NCBI GenBank assembly: GCA_964594455.1
Contig: CAZQLY010000003.1
Span: 37,360-101,359, forward strand
Direction of reading: 5' to 3'
Length of the DNA: 64,000 bases
DNA from: an uncultured Gammaproteobacteria bacterium
GTDB taxonomy: Bacteria; Patescibacteriota; Patescibacteriia; JAHIZJ01
Shown: positions 29,574 through 40,246 of the stretch, piece by piece
Position numbering within the stretch: position 1 is the first letter of the stretch
Layout: each line of letters starts with the position of its first letter
Notes under the pieces: model-generated
What the model was told of the DNA's origin: nothing
The model's input: only the letters and a program-made list of their open reading frames with translations
Database searches by the model: none
Position numbers and translations under genes: made by a program

Positions 29574-30362
29574 ATGTCTCGAATCATTTCAGTTGTAAAT
29601 CAAAAGGGAGGAGTCGGAAAAACGACAACCGCAATAAACCTAGCTGCTTCTTTAGCGGCACTAGGCAAGTTTGTGTTATTGGTGGATATTGATCCCCAGG
29701 CTAATGCCACTAGTGGCATTGGCATCAATCATCGCGAATTAGATAAAGGTATTTACGAAACTCTAGTCTCGCCAGTTTCGCTAAATGAGGTAATCAGGGA
29801 GACTCCACGATACGGATTAAGAATTGCTCCGGCCACCATTTCTTTGGCAGGCGCTACGGTTGAACTGGTCAATATCCCTAAGCGGGAATTTCTACTGTCC
29901 GAAAACCTAAGAGAGGTAATGGAAGACTACGATTATATTATTATTGACAACCCCCCTTCACTAGGTTTGCTAACAATTAACGGATTAGTGGCTGCCCAGG
30001 AAGTATTGATACCTGTTCAATGCGAATACTACTCACTAGAAGGTTTGAGTCAATTATTAAATACTATCAATCTAGTAAAAAAGAATTTAAGGAAAGATCT
30101 AGATGTCTTGGGTGCAGTATTAACAATGTACGACCAGCGTTATAAATTAAGTCAGGCTGTGATGGAGGAATTATACAAATATTTTCCCAATCGTATCTTT
30201 CGCTCAGTTATACCTCGAAACATTAAATTAGCTGAGGCCCCTAGCCATGGTAAGCCGGTCCGGGATTATTCTAAACGTTCCAAGGCTACCAAAGCTTATG
30301 AAAGATTAGGCCGTGAAGTAATAGACACTGAAATACATCCTATTAATACAATAAAACTATGA
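29574..30362 (+). CDS. parA: Chromosome partitioning ATPase ParA/Soj
   Basis: NQKGGVGKTTT, DIDPQANAT, IPRNIKLAEAPSHG. Confidence 0.95.
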   Translation: MSRIISVVNQKGGVGKTTTAINLAASLAALGKFVLLVDIDPQANATSGIGINHRELDKGIYETLVSPVSLNEVIRETPRYGLRIAPATISLAGATVELVNIPKREFLLSENLREVMEDYDYIIIDNPPSLGLLTINGLVAAQEVLIPVQCEYYSLEGLSQLLNTINLVKKNLRKDLDVLGAVLTMYDQRYKLSQAVMEELYKYFPNRIFRSVIPRNIKLAEAPSHGKPVRDYSKRSKATKAYERLGREVIDTEIHPINTIKL

Positions 30363-31216
30363 CCAAATATCAAGGATTGGGTAGAGGGCTTGGATCCCTT
30401 ATACCTAGCCAGGACGAAAATGCCTCAACGGGTATTAAAAGCGGAAACAAGGAAATTATGGAGGTGGCTATTAATTCAATTGAGGCTAATCCGCATCAAC
30501 CGCGTACCAGTATTGAGGAAACAAATTTAGATGATTTAGTGAACTCGATAAGGGTTCACGGAATTATTCAGCCATTATTGGTTAGTCCGACTAAAGATGG
30601 TTATCAATTAATTGCTGGAGAACGGCGCTTCCGTGCAGCAAAAATTTTGGGTTTAAAAACAATACCAGCGATTGTGCGTCGTTCGGATGAGGTTGAGAAG
30701 CTTGAGCTGGCCATTATTGAGAACATGCAGCGTGAGGACCTCAATCCTTTAGAAAGAGCTAACGCCTATCATCGACTGATTGAGGAGTTTAGCTATACTC
30801 AAGATGAAGTAGCCAGAAAATTAGGCCAGAGCCGAAGTCAGGTAGCCAATGGTTTGCGACTTCTCCAATTGCCGGAAGAGGTAAAAAAAGCTATAATAAA
30901 CAACAAGATAACGGAAGGTCACGCTAAGGCTTTGCTAAGCTTATCGACGGGAAAAGAGCAGCTTCAATTTCTAGAAAAGATCATTTCGAATGAGTTAACG
31001 GTTCGTGATGTCGAATCCCAAGTGCGTAAAGTTAAGGTCAAATCACATCAAAGAAAAAAAGGCCAAAATTACGATGTGATAAAAAAGGAGGATCTTCTGA
31101 CCGAAGCTCTACGGACCAAGGTGAAAATAACCAAACGCGGAGGAAAAGGAAAAATAACAATAGAATTTTATTCTGATGAAGAGTTAAATTCATTAATAAA
31201 TAAATTAACAATATAA
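30359..31216 (+). CDS. parB: Chromosome partitioning protein ParB/Spo0J
   Basis: GLGRGLGSLI, NPHQPR, AGERRFRA, ENMQREDL. Confidence 0.95.
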   Translation: MTKYQGLGRGLGSLIPSQDENASTGIKSGNKEIMEVAINSIEANPHQPRTSIEETNLDDLVNSIRVHGIIQPLLVSPTKDGYQLIAGERRFRAAKILGLKTIPAIVRRSDEVEKLELAIIENMQREDLNPLERANAYHRLIEEFSYTQDEVARKLGQSRSQVANGLRLLQLPEEVKKAIINNKITEGHAKALLSLSTGKEQLQFLEKIISNELTVRDVESQVRKVKVKSHQRKKGQNYDVIKKEDLLTEALRTKVKITKRGGKGKITIEFYSDEELNSLINKLTI

Positions 31217-31229
31217 TCAATAAATTCTT

Positions 31230-33584
31230 ATGGAAGTTCTTCAACCACGAAAAAGATTTTCACTCAAATCAATTTTCCGGCCCGATTCTCAATCAGTTCT
31301 TGATATTATAATTCGCTGGTCAATGTTTTTGGCCGTGTTTTTGATACCAATATTTTTCTTGACCTCTACTCAGGACATGTTTGATCTCAATAAGAGTCTC
31401 TTGTTTTGCTTGTTAACCTTGATCGGTGTCTTGGCCTGGCTGGGCAAGATTGTCTTTAAAAAGGGCTTTAATTTTCGTCGAACGGCTCTGGATGTCCCCT
31501 TAGTAATTTTTGGGTTTTTGTATATTATAGTTTCTCTTTTTTCACAGAATTGGCATACTAGCATAGCTGGACAAGCGAGCTACTACCATCACACGTTGGT
31601 AGTAACAATATTTTTTATCCTGTTTTACTTTTTATTGGTAAATAATTTCCGAACCAAAAAAGATGTTCAGGCTCTACTAGGCACTCTTATAATATCTACT
31701 GGTTTTGTTGCCATAGTAAGCTTATTGCAGCTTTTTGGAGCGTATATCTTTTTATCAGAGGCCACTAAGTCTATCGGATTCAACTTGATATTTAATTCAG
31801 TAGTCATATTGGGGTTGTTCCTGGCAATAATGTTGCCCGTGATCTTGAGCTTCTTAGTATTTACAAAAAATCAGATCAGTCGAGCCTTACTTATCATACT
31901 GGGAATAATCGATTTCACAGTATTGTTTATCTTAGACATCAACCTAGTCTGGTATACGGCCATTGGCGGATTATTTGTATTCCTAGTCCTGTTAACAATG
32001 AGATCAAAAGACTTAGAATCCCGTTGGGCGATATTGCCGACTGTTTTACTGGTTCTATCCGCAATATTTATCTTTGTTAATGTTTCTGATCTTACCAACG
32101 TTGTGGTGTCAGAAGATATAGTCCTGGATCACCAAACCACCTGGTCAATAGCTAAATCCACTCTGTCGGATTCACCTCTTTTTGGAACAGGACCAGAGGT
32201 TTTTAGCCAGGCTTTTGCTGAACACCGACCTCTCAGCTTCAACGACACAATCCTCTGGAGTTTGAGTTTCATAAAAGGTTCAAGTGAATTCATGCAAATA
32301 TTGATTACCACAGGGCTGTTAGTGACTGTGGTCTATCTCTATCTGTTTATCCGGTTCTTAATAACATTTATTGCCCAGGCCACCAAAAAAGATGATGATA
32401 AAACTGACTGGCTGCTAAAAGCCGCAATATTCCTGCCCTGGCTAGCCCTGTTTGTGATCAGTTTCTTCTATCCGTTTAGTTTTGTTCTGAGCTTTATGTT
32501 GTGGCTGCTTTTGGCTCTTGGCACAAGCTTAGTTACCAAGGATAAGGGTGAGGTATTAGAAACAAAACCCTCTCCTGCTATAGGATTCAGCAGTTCGATA
32601 GCCTTCTCTCTGTTAGTGGTATTGGGAATTGTATTCCTTTATGGCGCAGGATCAATCTGGTTAGGTGAGTACAACTATGTTAAGGGCAATAAGGCTATGA
32701 TCGATGAGGATGTTGTTACTGCACAGCAAAAATATGATCGAGCAATAGAACTGGATGGCGAAAGACCTCTGTATTATTTTGCATTAGCTCAAAGCTTTAT
32801 CGAGCAAGCTGACTCAATATTACCGCAAAGCAACGACGAGGTTAATCAAATCAGTGATTTGGTTACTTTAGCCCAAGTTGCGGCTTCACAGGGTTTAGCC
32901 GTTGATATAGAAGATCCAATATTATATAGCAGCTTCATAAATGTATACGCGGACGTTCTACAATTTGACCCAAACGTCTACACTGATATATCGGCTGCTT
33001 ATGATAAACTGATCGAATTAGACCCCAACAACCCGTTGAATTATGTGGAAGCGGGGGACAACAATATCTCTATGGGTCAACTGGTATTAAGTAATTTACC
33101 TGAAGATGATGAAGAACAGGCTCAACAGATGACTGATGAGGTCAATAAGCTATTCCAGAGCGCTCAGGACTATTACCAGAAAGGTGCTGAATTAAAAACA
33201 GATTATGTCATAGCAGAGTTAAAACATGATTTGGCCTATGAATTGTTAGGCGACATTGATACCACTATTGATGAATTAAAGAAACTGGCTGAAGCCTATC
33301 CAACCAGCGTTGACGCTCATTACGAACTAGGACGGATATATTACGCTACTGAACAAACCGACTTAGCCAAACAACAGTTTGTGGCAGTACTAAACCTGAA
33401 CCCGGATCATGCTAATGCTGGCTATCAGTTGGGTGAAATTGTCCAGGCCGAGGGTGACAAAGATACGGCAATCACACTATTTACTCGAGTACTAGCCAAC
33501 AACCCAGATGACGAGAATGTACGTCAAAAGTTAGAAGAACTAGGAGTAACTATTGAAGACCAAAGAGAGAAAACTTCTGAATAA
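31230..33584 (+). CDS. O-antigen-ligase-like polytopic membrane protein with C-terminal TPRs
   Basis: About 12 TMs, PLFGTGPEVF motif, TPR repeats. Confidence 0.7.
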   Translation: MEVLQPRKRFSLKSIFRPDSQSVLDIIIRWSMFLAVFLIPIFFLTSTQDMFDLNKSLLFCLLTLIGVLAWLGKIVFKKGFNFRRTALDVPLVIFGFLYIIVSLFSQNWHTSIAGQASYYHHTLVVTIFFILFYFLLVNNFRTKKDVQALLGTLIISTGFVAIVSLLQLFGAYIFLSEATKSIGFNLIFNSVVILGLFLAIMLPVILSFLVFTKNQISRALLIILGIIDFTVLFILDINLVWYTAIGGLFVFLVLLTMRSKDLESRWAILPTVLLVLSAIFIFVNVSDLTNVVVSEDIVLDHQTTWSIAKSTLSDSPLFGTGPEVFSQAFAEHRPLSFNDTILWSLSFIKGSSEFMQILITTGLLVTVVYLYLFIRFLITFIAQATKKDDDKTDWLLKAAIFLPWLALFVISFFYPFSFVLSFMLWLLLALGTSLVTKDKGEVLETKPSPAIGFSSSIAFSLLVVLGIVFLYGAGSIWLGEYNYVKGNKAMIDEDVVTAQQKYDRAIELDGERPLYYFALAQSFIEQADSILPQSNDEVNQISDLVTLAQVAASQGLAVDIEDPILYSSFINVYADVLQFDPNVYTDISAAYDKLIELDPNNPLNYVEAGDNNISMGQLVLSNLPEDDEEQAQQMTDEVNKLFQSAQDYYQKGAELKTDYVIAELKHDLAYELLGDIDTTIDELKKLAEAYPTSVDAHYELGRIYYATEQTDLAKQQFVAVLNLNPDHANAGYQLGEIVQAEGDKDTAITLFTRVLANNPDDENVRQKLEELGVTIEDQREKTSE

Positions 33585-33612
33585 TCCAACAGAGAATAAA
33601 AAAGAAAAATAT

Positions 33613-33644
33613 CAAAAGGCCGTTCTATCGAGAATGGCTTTTTG
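33613..33644. terminator. Bidirectional terminator
   Basis: AAAAGGCCGTTCT-ATCG-AGAATGGCTTTTT between convergent genes. Confidence 0.7.
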
Positions 33645-33649
33645 AATAT

Positions 33650-35086
33650 TCAGCTTTTAATTGAGGTTCTGATCCGGTAACGGGCGTGATTTGTTTTAAC
33701 AAATTTCAACCAATCACGATTAGGCTTGGTTCTTTTTTTGTCGATAATAATCTCGCACATATCACCACTCTTCAGTGGTGTTTTTAGATTAGCGATTTGA
33801 TTATTGATTCTAGCACTGCCACATCGATCACCCAAGTCAGAATGAATAGAATAGGCGAAATCGACCGGAGTTGAGTCTTCTGGTAGGTCTATGACATCAC
33901 CTCTGGGTGTAAATACAAATATGCGATTTTGAAAAGCATCTATCTTTAATGAATCTAAGTATTTTTTGTTATCCCGTAGGCCTTTCTGCCATTCCAATAA
34001 TTGGTTGATCCATTCTAGTTTTTTAGGAGGAATCTCAGAAAGTTTCCCTTGCTCGGTATAATGCCAGTGGGCAGCGATACCATGTTCGGCTAAGTCATGC
34101 ATCTTAGGGTCTCGTATTTGAAATTCCACGACTTGGCCGTTATCACAGAATACAGTGGTGTGCAGAGATTGATAGCCATTAGGCTTGGGAGTGGCTATGT
34201 AATCTTTTATCCTACCCTTTAAGGGTTTCCAAAGCGTATGAATTGCACCCAGAACGGCATAGCATTCCTGGATATTTTTCACTATGATGCGCAGTGCCAC
34301 AATATCGTGAATCCGATCTATATCATTATCATGTTGGAGCAGTTTTTTGTATAAGCTGTACAAATGTTTAGTCCGTCCATGAATGTCAATTGGAGTGATA
34401 CTCTCACTTTTTAGTTCTTCTTGTACTCTTTTTTTAATATAATTGATGTCGCTCTGTTTCTTGTGATACTGTTCATCAAACAATTGCTTTGTTTTCTGGT
34501 ATTCTTTGGGATAAACGTATTTAAACGACATGTCTTCCAAGCATCCTTTTATCTCGCCAATACCTAAGCGATTAGCGATTGGCGCATATATTTCCAGGGT
34601 TTCCAGGGCAATTCGTTGTTGCTTGTCTTTAGGCAGGGCGTCCAAGGTGTTTAGATTATGCATCCGGTCGGCAAATTTGATCAAAATAACGCGGATATCA
34701 GATGCCATGGCGACAAACATCTTACGCAAGTTTTCAATGTAGCGTTCTAAGCCTCGATATTTCAGGGTCCCCAACTTAGTAACGCCTTCGACCAAAAAAG
34801 CTACCTCTTCGCCAAACTCACGTTTAATTTCGTGTATTGATTCAGCAGTCTCTTCTGGAACATCGTGAAGTAAGCCAGCGATAATAGTGGGCTGGTCTAA
34901 TTTAAGATTAATCAGCGTCAAAGCAGTGGCAGCCGGATGAGTAATGTATGGAGCACCTGATTTGCGTTTTTGTTGGCTGTGGGCTTGATCAGCGTACTCA
35001 TAGGCGCGACGCAATAAGTTCAAGTCTAAATCCAGACCATTTTTCTTGGCGGCGTGTTTTAAATTTTCGTAGGTTACTTTACTCAT
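33650..35086 (-). CDS. rel: RelA/SpoT homologue (HD + synthetase + TGS; no ACT domain)
   Basis: RKSGAPYITHP, LLHD, ADRMHN, RIKDY, NGYQSLHT, FVFTPRG. Confidence 0.92.
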   Translation of the reverse strand: MSKVTYENLKHAAKKNGLDLDLNLLRRAYEYADQAHSQQKRKSGAPYITHPAATALTLINLKLDQPTIIAGLLHDVPEETAESIHEIKREFGEEVAFLVEGVTKLGTLKYRGLERYIENLRKMFVAMASDIRVILIKFADRMHNLNTLDALPKDKQQRIALETLEIYAPIANRLGIGEIKGCLEDMSFKYVYPKEYQKTKQLFDEQYHKKQSDINYIKKRVQEELKSESITPIDIHGRTKHLYSLYKKLLQHDNDIDRIHDIVALRIIVKNIQECYAVLGAIHTLWKPLKGRIKDYIATPKPNGYQSLHTTVFCDNGQVVEFQIRDPKMHDLAEHGIAAHWHYTEQGKLSEIPPKKLEWINQLLEWQKGLRDNKKYLDSLKIDAFQNRIFVFTPRGDVIDLPEDSTPVDFAYSIHSDLGDRCGSARINNQIANLKTPLKSGDMCEIIIDKKRTKPNRDWLKFVKTNHARYRIRTSIKS

Positions 35087-35169
35087 ATGTTTTTTTGCAT
35101 ATGTAGTATAGCGATTAGGCAGCGTTAAAGCAAATAAAAAAACACCTCACAGGTGTTCTTTTGTACAGG

Positions 35170-37395
35170 CTATTTGATCTGATCGGCTGGTTTGCTGTAT
35201 TTACACTCTTTATTGCTGCAGTTGATAACTTTTTTTCCATACACCAACAGACTATCACACTCTGGGCATTTTTCACCGGTTGGTTTTGACCAGATAGCAT
35301 GTTGACATTTAGGGTATTGATTGCAGGCGTAAAAGGTCCGGCCTTTGCGACTGCGTTTTTCAATAATTTCTCCTTTGCCACACTGAGGGCATTTAACACC
35401 GGTGCTTTTTTCTATTTTTTTTATAAACTTGCAATCAGGATACCCACTACAGCCAAAAAACGGTCCAAAACGGCCCACCTTTCTCTGAAGTGGTTTGCCA
35501 CACTCAGGACATTTTTCATCTATTACCTCAGATTCTTCTGGTTCTCCGTCTCCATTGATCTGTTTGGTATTTTTGCAATCAGGATACCCACTACAGGCCA
35601 GGAATTTCCCAAACCGGCCCATCTTGATTACCATGGGTTTGTTGCATTTTTCACAAACTTCATCAGTTTTTTGTTCAGTCAACTCTTTCTTGGAAACCTC
35701 CTCTTCTTTCTTGCTCAGGTTTTCTTTAAACGGTGTGTAAAAGTCTTTTATTATCGGTACCCATTCTTTTTTACCTTCAGCTATTCGGTCCAGATTCTCC
35801 TCCATGTCCGCCGTGAATTTGTAATCAACTATTCTAGAAAAATGTTTTACCAGCACATCATTAACCAAGAAGCCCATCTCTGTTGGTTTTAAGCGGCGGT
35901 CTTCTTTTTCAATATATTTTCTGTACAAAAGAGTTGAAATGGTCGGAGCGTAAGTAGAAGGTCGCCCAATACCAAATTCTTCTAGAGCTTTAACCAGGCC
36001 GGCTTCTGAGAAACGGGCGGGTGGTTCAGTAAACTTCTGCTGAGGTTTGATTTCAATCAAATTCAGATCTTCATCTTTGGCCACTTCAGGCAGGATGCTA
36101 TCTTTTTGCTTGACTGGATAAACTTTGTAAAAACCGTCAAATTTTAAAACACTGCCTGTGGCTCTGAAAATATAATTATTATCACTGGTGATATCGATGG
36201 TTGTCTGTCCTAAAACTGCTTCGGGCATTTGACTGGATACAGCCCGGCGCCAGATCAGATCGTATATTTTGAAAATCCTGGCATCCAAATATTGTTTGAT
36301 TTCATTGGGCGCGCGCATCACATTGGTCGGGCGAATAGCCTCATGAGCTTCTTGAGCCAATCTTTGTTTCTTTTTGAAACGTCGAGGTGAGCTCAGCGTG
36401 TATTGATCTCCGAAAGTTTCTGCAATGTATTGCTTGGCTTCACCTAGAAACTTATCGGACAAATTAACAGAATCAGTTCTCATGTAAGTAATCAGACCGA
36501 CTGACCCCTCTTTTCCTATAGAGATACCTTCATATAGTTGTTGAGCCAGGTACATGGTCTGACGTGAAGAAAAACCGTATTTTCTATTTGCATCCTGCTG
36601 TAGAGTAGAGGTGGTGAATGGAGCAAAAGGGGAACGCTTTAATTCTTTGCTGCTCAAATCACCAACTTTATATTTAGCGTCCTCTAACTCTTTCAATATT
36701 TTTTTAGCTTCAGCCTCTTTAGTAATGGAAAACTTATCCATTCTTTTATCAGCTTTTTTGTAGAGACGAGCAGTTAAAACCGGCTTTGATTTATCTGTTT
36801 TTTCAAAATCAGCTTCGATCAGCCAATACTCTTTCGGCTTAAAAGCTTCAATCTCTCTTTCTCTTTCTACGATTACCCTCAGAGCGGCTGATTGAACCCT
36901 CCCAGCCGATAAGCCTTTAACTACCTTTTTCCATAAGAATGGAGACAGCTCATAACCAACTAAGCGATCCAAAACCCGGCGAGCCTGCTGGGCGTTAACT
37001 AGGTTGATATCGATTTTTCTGGGTTCAGCTACGGCCTTTTTGATGGCTGTTTCAGTTATTTCGTCAAACGTTATCCGGTTTACCTTATCTTCTGACGCAT
37101 CCAAAATATGCGCTAAATGCCAAGAAATAGCTTCACCTTCCCGATCTTCATCTGTAGCGAAATATATTGTATCAACGCCTTTAGCGTCTTTTTTGAGCTG
37201 GTTAACCGTCTTGCGGCTCTTAGTGGGAATAACGTATTGCGGTTCAAAGTTCTTCTCTATATCAATACCCATCTTGCTTTTAGGAAGATCGCGAATATGG
37301 CCGTTGGACGACTTAATGACAAAATCCTTCCCGAGGAATCGAGAAATGGTTTTTGCTTTGGTTGGTGACTCGACAATTACCAGTTTTTTCGCCAT
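35170..37395 (-). CDS. topA: DNA topoisomerase I
   Basis: LVIVESPTK, DEDREGE, SAGRVQS, LITYMRTD, C-terminal Zn ribbons. Confidence 0.97.
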   Translation of the reverse strand: MAKKLVIVESPTKAKTISRFLGKDFVIKSSNGHIRDLPKSKMGIDIEKNFEPQYVIPTKSRKTVNQLKKDAKGVDTIYFATDEDREGEAISWHLAHILDASEDKVNRITFDEITETAIKKAVAEPRKIDINLVNAQQARRVLDRLVGYELSPFLWKKVVKGLSAGRVQSAALRVIVEREREIEAFKPKEYWLIEADFEKTDKSKPVLTARLYKKADKRMDKFSITKEAEAKKILKELEDAKYKVGDLSSKELKRSPFAPFTTSTLQQDANRKYGFSSRQTMYLAQQLYEGISIGKEGSVGLITYMRTDSVNLSDKFLGEAKQYIAETFGDQYTLSSPRRFKKKQRLAQEAHEAIRPTNVMRAPNEIKQYLDARIFKIYDLIWRRAVSSQMPEAVLGQTTIDITSDNNYIFRATGSVLKFDGFYKVYPVKQKDSILPEVAKDEDLNLIEIKPQQKFTEPPARFSEAGLVKALEEFGIGRPSTYAPTISTLLYRKYIEKEDRRLKPTEMGFLVNDVLVKHFSRIVDYKFTADMEENLDRIAEGKKEWVPIIKDFYTPFKENLSKKEEEVSKKELTEQKTDEVCEKCNKPMVIKMGRFGKFLACSGYPDCKNTKQINGDGEPEESEVIDEKCPECGKPLQRKVGRFGPFFGCSGYPDCKFIKKIEKSTGVKCPQCGKGEIIEKRSRKGRTFYACNQYPKCQHAIWSKPTGEKCPECDSLLVYGKKVINCSNKECKYSKPADQIK

Positions 37396-37400
37396 GTTTT

Positions 37401-38264
37401 TTAAAAATTCAGGGTGTAGGTTAGTGATTCTATCTGTTGAATTTTTCCTGACAGTTCCATGACTGACAGGGTAGAATTAATTACACTAATATCCAGTTTA
37501 CACTTCTGAATAATTTGGTCAACAGTATGCGGTCCAGAGTGCAGAATATCAATGATTATTCTTTCTTCTTTTGTGTCGGGAACAATCTTCTTCTGACTAT
37601 AATCCGTTTTGGATTCTAGGTCAAATAATTCTAGCACATCATCAACGTTGGTTACTATTTTTGCCCCTTGTTTGATCAGGCTGTTTGTACCTATTGAGTT
37701 GACTCGGTTAACATCTCCTGGGATGGCCAGAACTTCGCGATTTTGCTCCAGGGCAAAATAGGCAGTGATCAGAGCTCCGGATTTGCTGGGCGCCTCAATC
37801 ACTAAAGTACCCAAGCTCAAGCCAGATATTATCCTATTTCTAGCTGGGAAATGTTGGCGTAAAGGTGGTGTTCCGGGTTTGTATTCTGAGATTAATGCCC
37901 CACCCGAGTCAATAATATTTTCCGCCAATTTACGATGTCTGGCTGGATAAATCAGGTCTAATCCTGCACCCAAGACAGCCCAGGTACATCCTCCGACATC
38001 CAGAGCGGCCTGATGGGCAATACTATCAATCCCATAAGCTAATCCTGAAACAATAACTACATTTCTACTGGCAACTGATTTAGCCAGGTCAGTAGTTATT
38101 TTGATGCCGTAGGGAGTCGGTTTCCTGGTTCCAACTATTGCTAATAAGTAACGTCCGCGCTTATTTAAGCTTCCCTTGTAGTATAGATTTTTTGGAGGAT
38201 GGTAAATTTCTTTAAGCAAAGAAGGGTAACCTGGTTGATCGAGTGCAATAGATTTTATTGACAT
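37401..38264 (-). CDS. dprA: DNA processing protein DprA
   Basis: AIVGTR, VSGLAYGID, FPARNRIISGLS, SGALITA. Confidence 0.95.
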   Translation of the reverse strand: MSIKSIALDQPGYPSLLKEIYHPPKNLYYKGSLNKRGRYLLAIVGTRKPTPYGIKITTDLAKSVASRNVVIVSGLAYGIDSIAHQAALDVGGCTWAVLGAGLDLIYPARHRKLAENIIDSGGALISEYKPGTPPLRQHFPARNRIISGLSLGTLVIEAPSKSGALITAYFALEQNREVLAIPGDVNRVNSIGTNSLIKQGAKIVTNVDDVLELFDLESKTDYSQKKIVPDTKEERIIIDILHSGPHTVDQIIQKCKLDISVINSTLSVMELSGKIQQIESLTYTLNF

Positions 38265-38328
38265 AAAAGCTTAATTGGTTATTAATATAAGAAGAAGTCT
38301 TCGGCAAGTCGTAATTAAGGAGGGGCGC

Positions 38329-38493
38329 ATGTCGGTTCGCGAAAAGGTTCTGATACCCGCGTTTGCGCTGCTGTTGGTTTTTGCCCTTTTTGGCTCAATT
38401 GCTATGCAATTGTTGGTAGCAATACCAGCCAATATTTACATCGGTCTTTGGAGGCTTAGCCTCCGGCTGTCACCCAGCCAGGTTGCCAAATAA
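38329..38493 (+). CDS. Small hydrophobic protein (54 aa)
   Basis: SD AAGGAGG before ATG 38329; terminator ACGCAGG/CCTGCGT-T after. Confidence 0.45.
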   Translation: MSVREKVLIPAFALLLVFALFGSIAMQLLVAIPANIYIGLWRLSLRLSPSQVAK

Positions 38494-38695
38494 GGCAACA
38501 CAAAAACGCAGGACTCCCTGCGTTCTTTTTATTATAGAATAGATTAATAAATATGACAAATTGAAGATATTGACACAGAGTTTAAATATGTGTAATATCA
38601 CTTGAACCAGAGTGGCTGGTTCTGGGCACACGGTAGTACCCAGCCTTGATTGGCAAGAAGCGATTGCATCTAATTCACAGCAGGAGGATAGCCAA

Positions 38696-38992
38696 ATGAG
38701 GCTCCGCAGATCGGAGAGACAGCAGCCCTATGACCGCTACGGGATGGCGGTCGAAGCAGTACGCAGGCTTGTCGCCGCTATTGTGGACGATCCAAAACAG
38801 TTTCCCGTGACTGATCGTCGGGAGGGCGACGACGTCTTCATCCAAATACGTAAAGGACCCGAGGCTCGCGGAGGTCAAATCATTGGCAAGCACGGTCGCA
38901 ACATCGACGCTATTCGTACGTTGGCCAAGGCTATGTTCACCAGCTTGCAGTTGCGCGTCTTCATCGAGCTAGTCGATTTTGACACGCCGTAA
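38696..38992 (+). CDS. khpA: KhpA-like single KH-domain RNA-binding protein
   Basis: LVAAIVDDP, GQIIGKHGRNIDAIRTL; SD AGGAGG; own promoter and terminator. Confidence 0.7.
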   Translation: MRLRRSERQQPYDRYGMAVEAVRRLVAAIVDDPKQFPVTDRREGDDVFIQIRKGPEARGGQIIGKHGRNIDAIRTLAKAMFTSLQLRVFIELVDFDTP

Positions 38993-39141
38993 CATCTCCC
39001 AGCTCATTTCCACCTCTTTTGCTCTTTTGGCTTCTGTCGCAACATCCTGATCTACTCAGGATGTTTTTTCTTGCAAATATTTATAATATGGAATAGGATG
39101 TAAGGCTGAGCAGTTCTTTGGCAAGGGAAGGAGGAGGGGAT

Positions 39142-39636
39142 ATGCAGCGGATCGTAATGACGGTGTGTTATCTGATTTGCTATGGGCGTATCCTCTTGGG
39201 TCTCAAGAAGGTGCGCTTAGGTGAGGGCCTCTACAACGGATTCGGCGGTCGTCAGGAGCCTGGTGAGCCTATCGATGTTACGGCCGAACGGGAGTACTTT
39301 GACGAATCAGGACTCCGGCTCATCGGTTTGAGACGTCTGGGGGTGATGCTGATCACCAGACAGTGGTCTTTCAGTGAGGAAGTCGAACTCCACATCTACC
39401 GGGCTGATGGGTATGAAGGGACGTTGAGGGAGTCAGACGAAATGCGTCCCAAATGGTTCTCTCTGGAAAAGATACCCTATTCGCAGATGTGGGCGAGCGA
39501 CTGGCATTTTCTGCCGATTGTTCTGGAAGACAGGCATTTCATGGGCAAGGTCCATTTGCACGACTTCCATACTATCATTAGCATCGAGCTGGCGGTTGAT
39601 GAGCCAGCATCAGATCAGACAAGCCCTGAGGAGTAA
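39142..39636 (+). CDS. Nudix hydrolase (8-oxo-dGTPase/MTH1-like)
   Basis: LLGLKK..G.G.YNGFGG..EPGE...AERE..ESG; ESDEMRPKWF; MW. Confidence 0.85.
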   Translation: MQRIVMTVCYLICYGRILLGLKKVRLGEGLYNGFGGRQEPGEPIDVTAEREYFDESGLRLIGLRRLGVMLITRQWSFSEEVELHIYRADGYEGTLRESDEMRPKWFSLEKIPYSQMWASDWHFLPIVLEDRHFMGKVHLHDFHTIISIELAVDEPASDQTSPEE

Positions 39637-39741
39637 TCCGAGGGCTTTTTTAATAAAAAATTTACAGACTAGTGCTGATATGCTAATCTGTGTTTTGTTG
39701 GCGCATAAACTTGTTCGTTTCTAAAATAAGGGAGGTGAACC

Positions 39742-40227
39742 ATGATGACAGAAGTAATCGAGCTGACCAGACAAGAGATGGACGTTCTTGGGAGAATGAA
39801 TAGACTGCTTATTAGGCGGCGAATCGCTGGGGCAGTTGTAGGAGGAGTGGTATTCATTGCGCTGATTCTGGCTTGTCTTTCGGCAAATCTTTTTGATGGT
39901 GCTTGTAAGTACAGTGACTTGATCATGTTTACCTTGATCGTCCTTTGTATCCTCCTGTCTATGACTATTTACTTCACTGTCAAAAAGATTAGAGGAAGAG
40001 GACGGCTGAACCAGAAAATCAAAACCCTGTCTGAGGACCCAGATTTTGTCGAAGCTCTACGAAGAGCTGACAGGATAATCCAGGCAAACAACCAGCTCTT
40101 GGCTTTCAGTGGCTTATTCACATTTGACCACGCGGGTGCAAGACTGACTGACCAACCCAGGGGGTGGTTAATTGATGTTGTAATCAAGCGGGTTCAGTTG
40201 ATCCAAAAACAAGTCCGTGGGGTGTAG
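39742..40227 (+). CDS. Hypothetical two-TM protein
   Basis: SD GGAGGT; two hydrophobic segments; terminator after. Confidence 0.55.
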   Translation: MMTEVIELTRQEMDVLGRMNRLLIRRRIAGAVVGGVVFIALILACLSANLFDGACKYSDLIMFTLIVLCILLSMTIYFTVKKIRGRGRLNQKIKTLSEDPDFVEALRRADRIIQANNQLLAFSGLFTFDHAGARLTDQPRGWLIDVVIKRVQLIQKQVRGV

Positions 40228-40246
40228 TAAAATACTACGGGCTTTT

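Noticed and set aside
29500-31300. parS site near parAB
   Set aside because: No TGTTTCACGTGAAACA-like palindrome found by eye
33650-35086. Rel as a truncated pseudogene
   Set aside because: HD, synthetase and TGS motifs are intact and the ORF ends cleanly at a terminator
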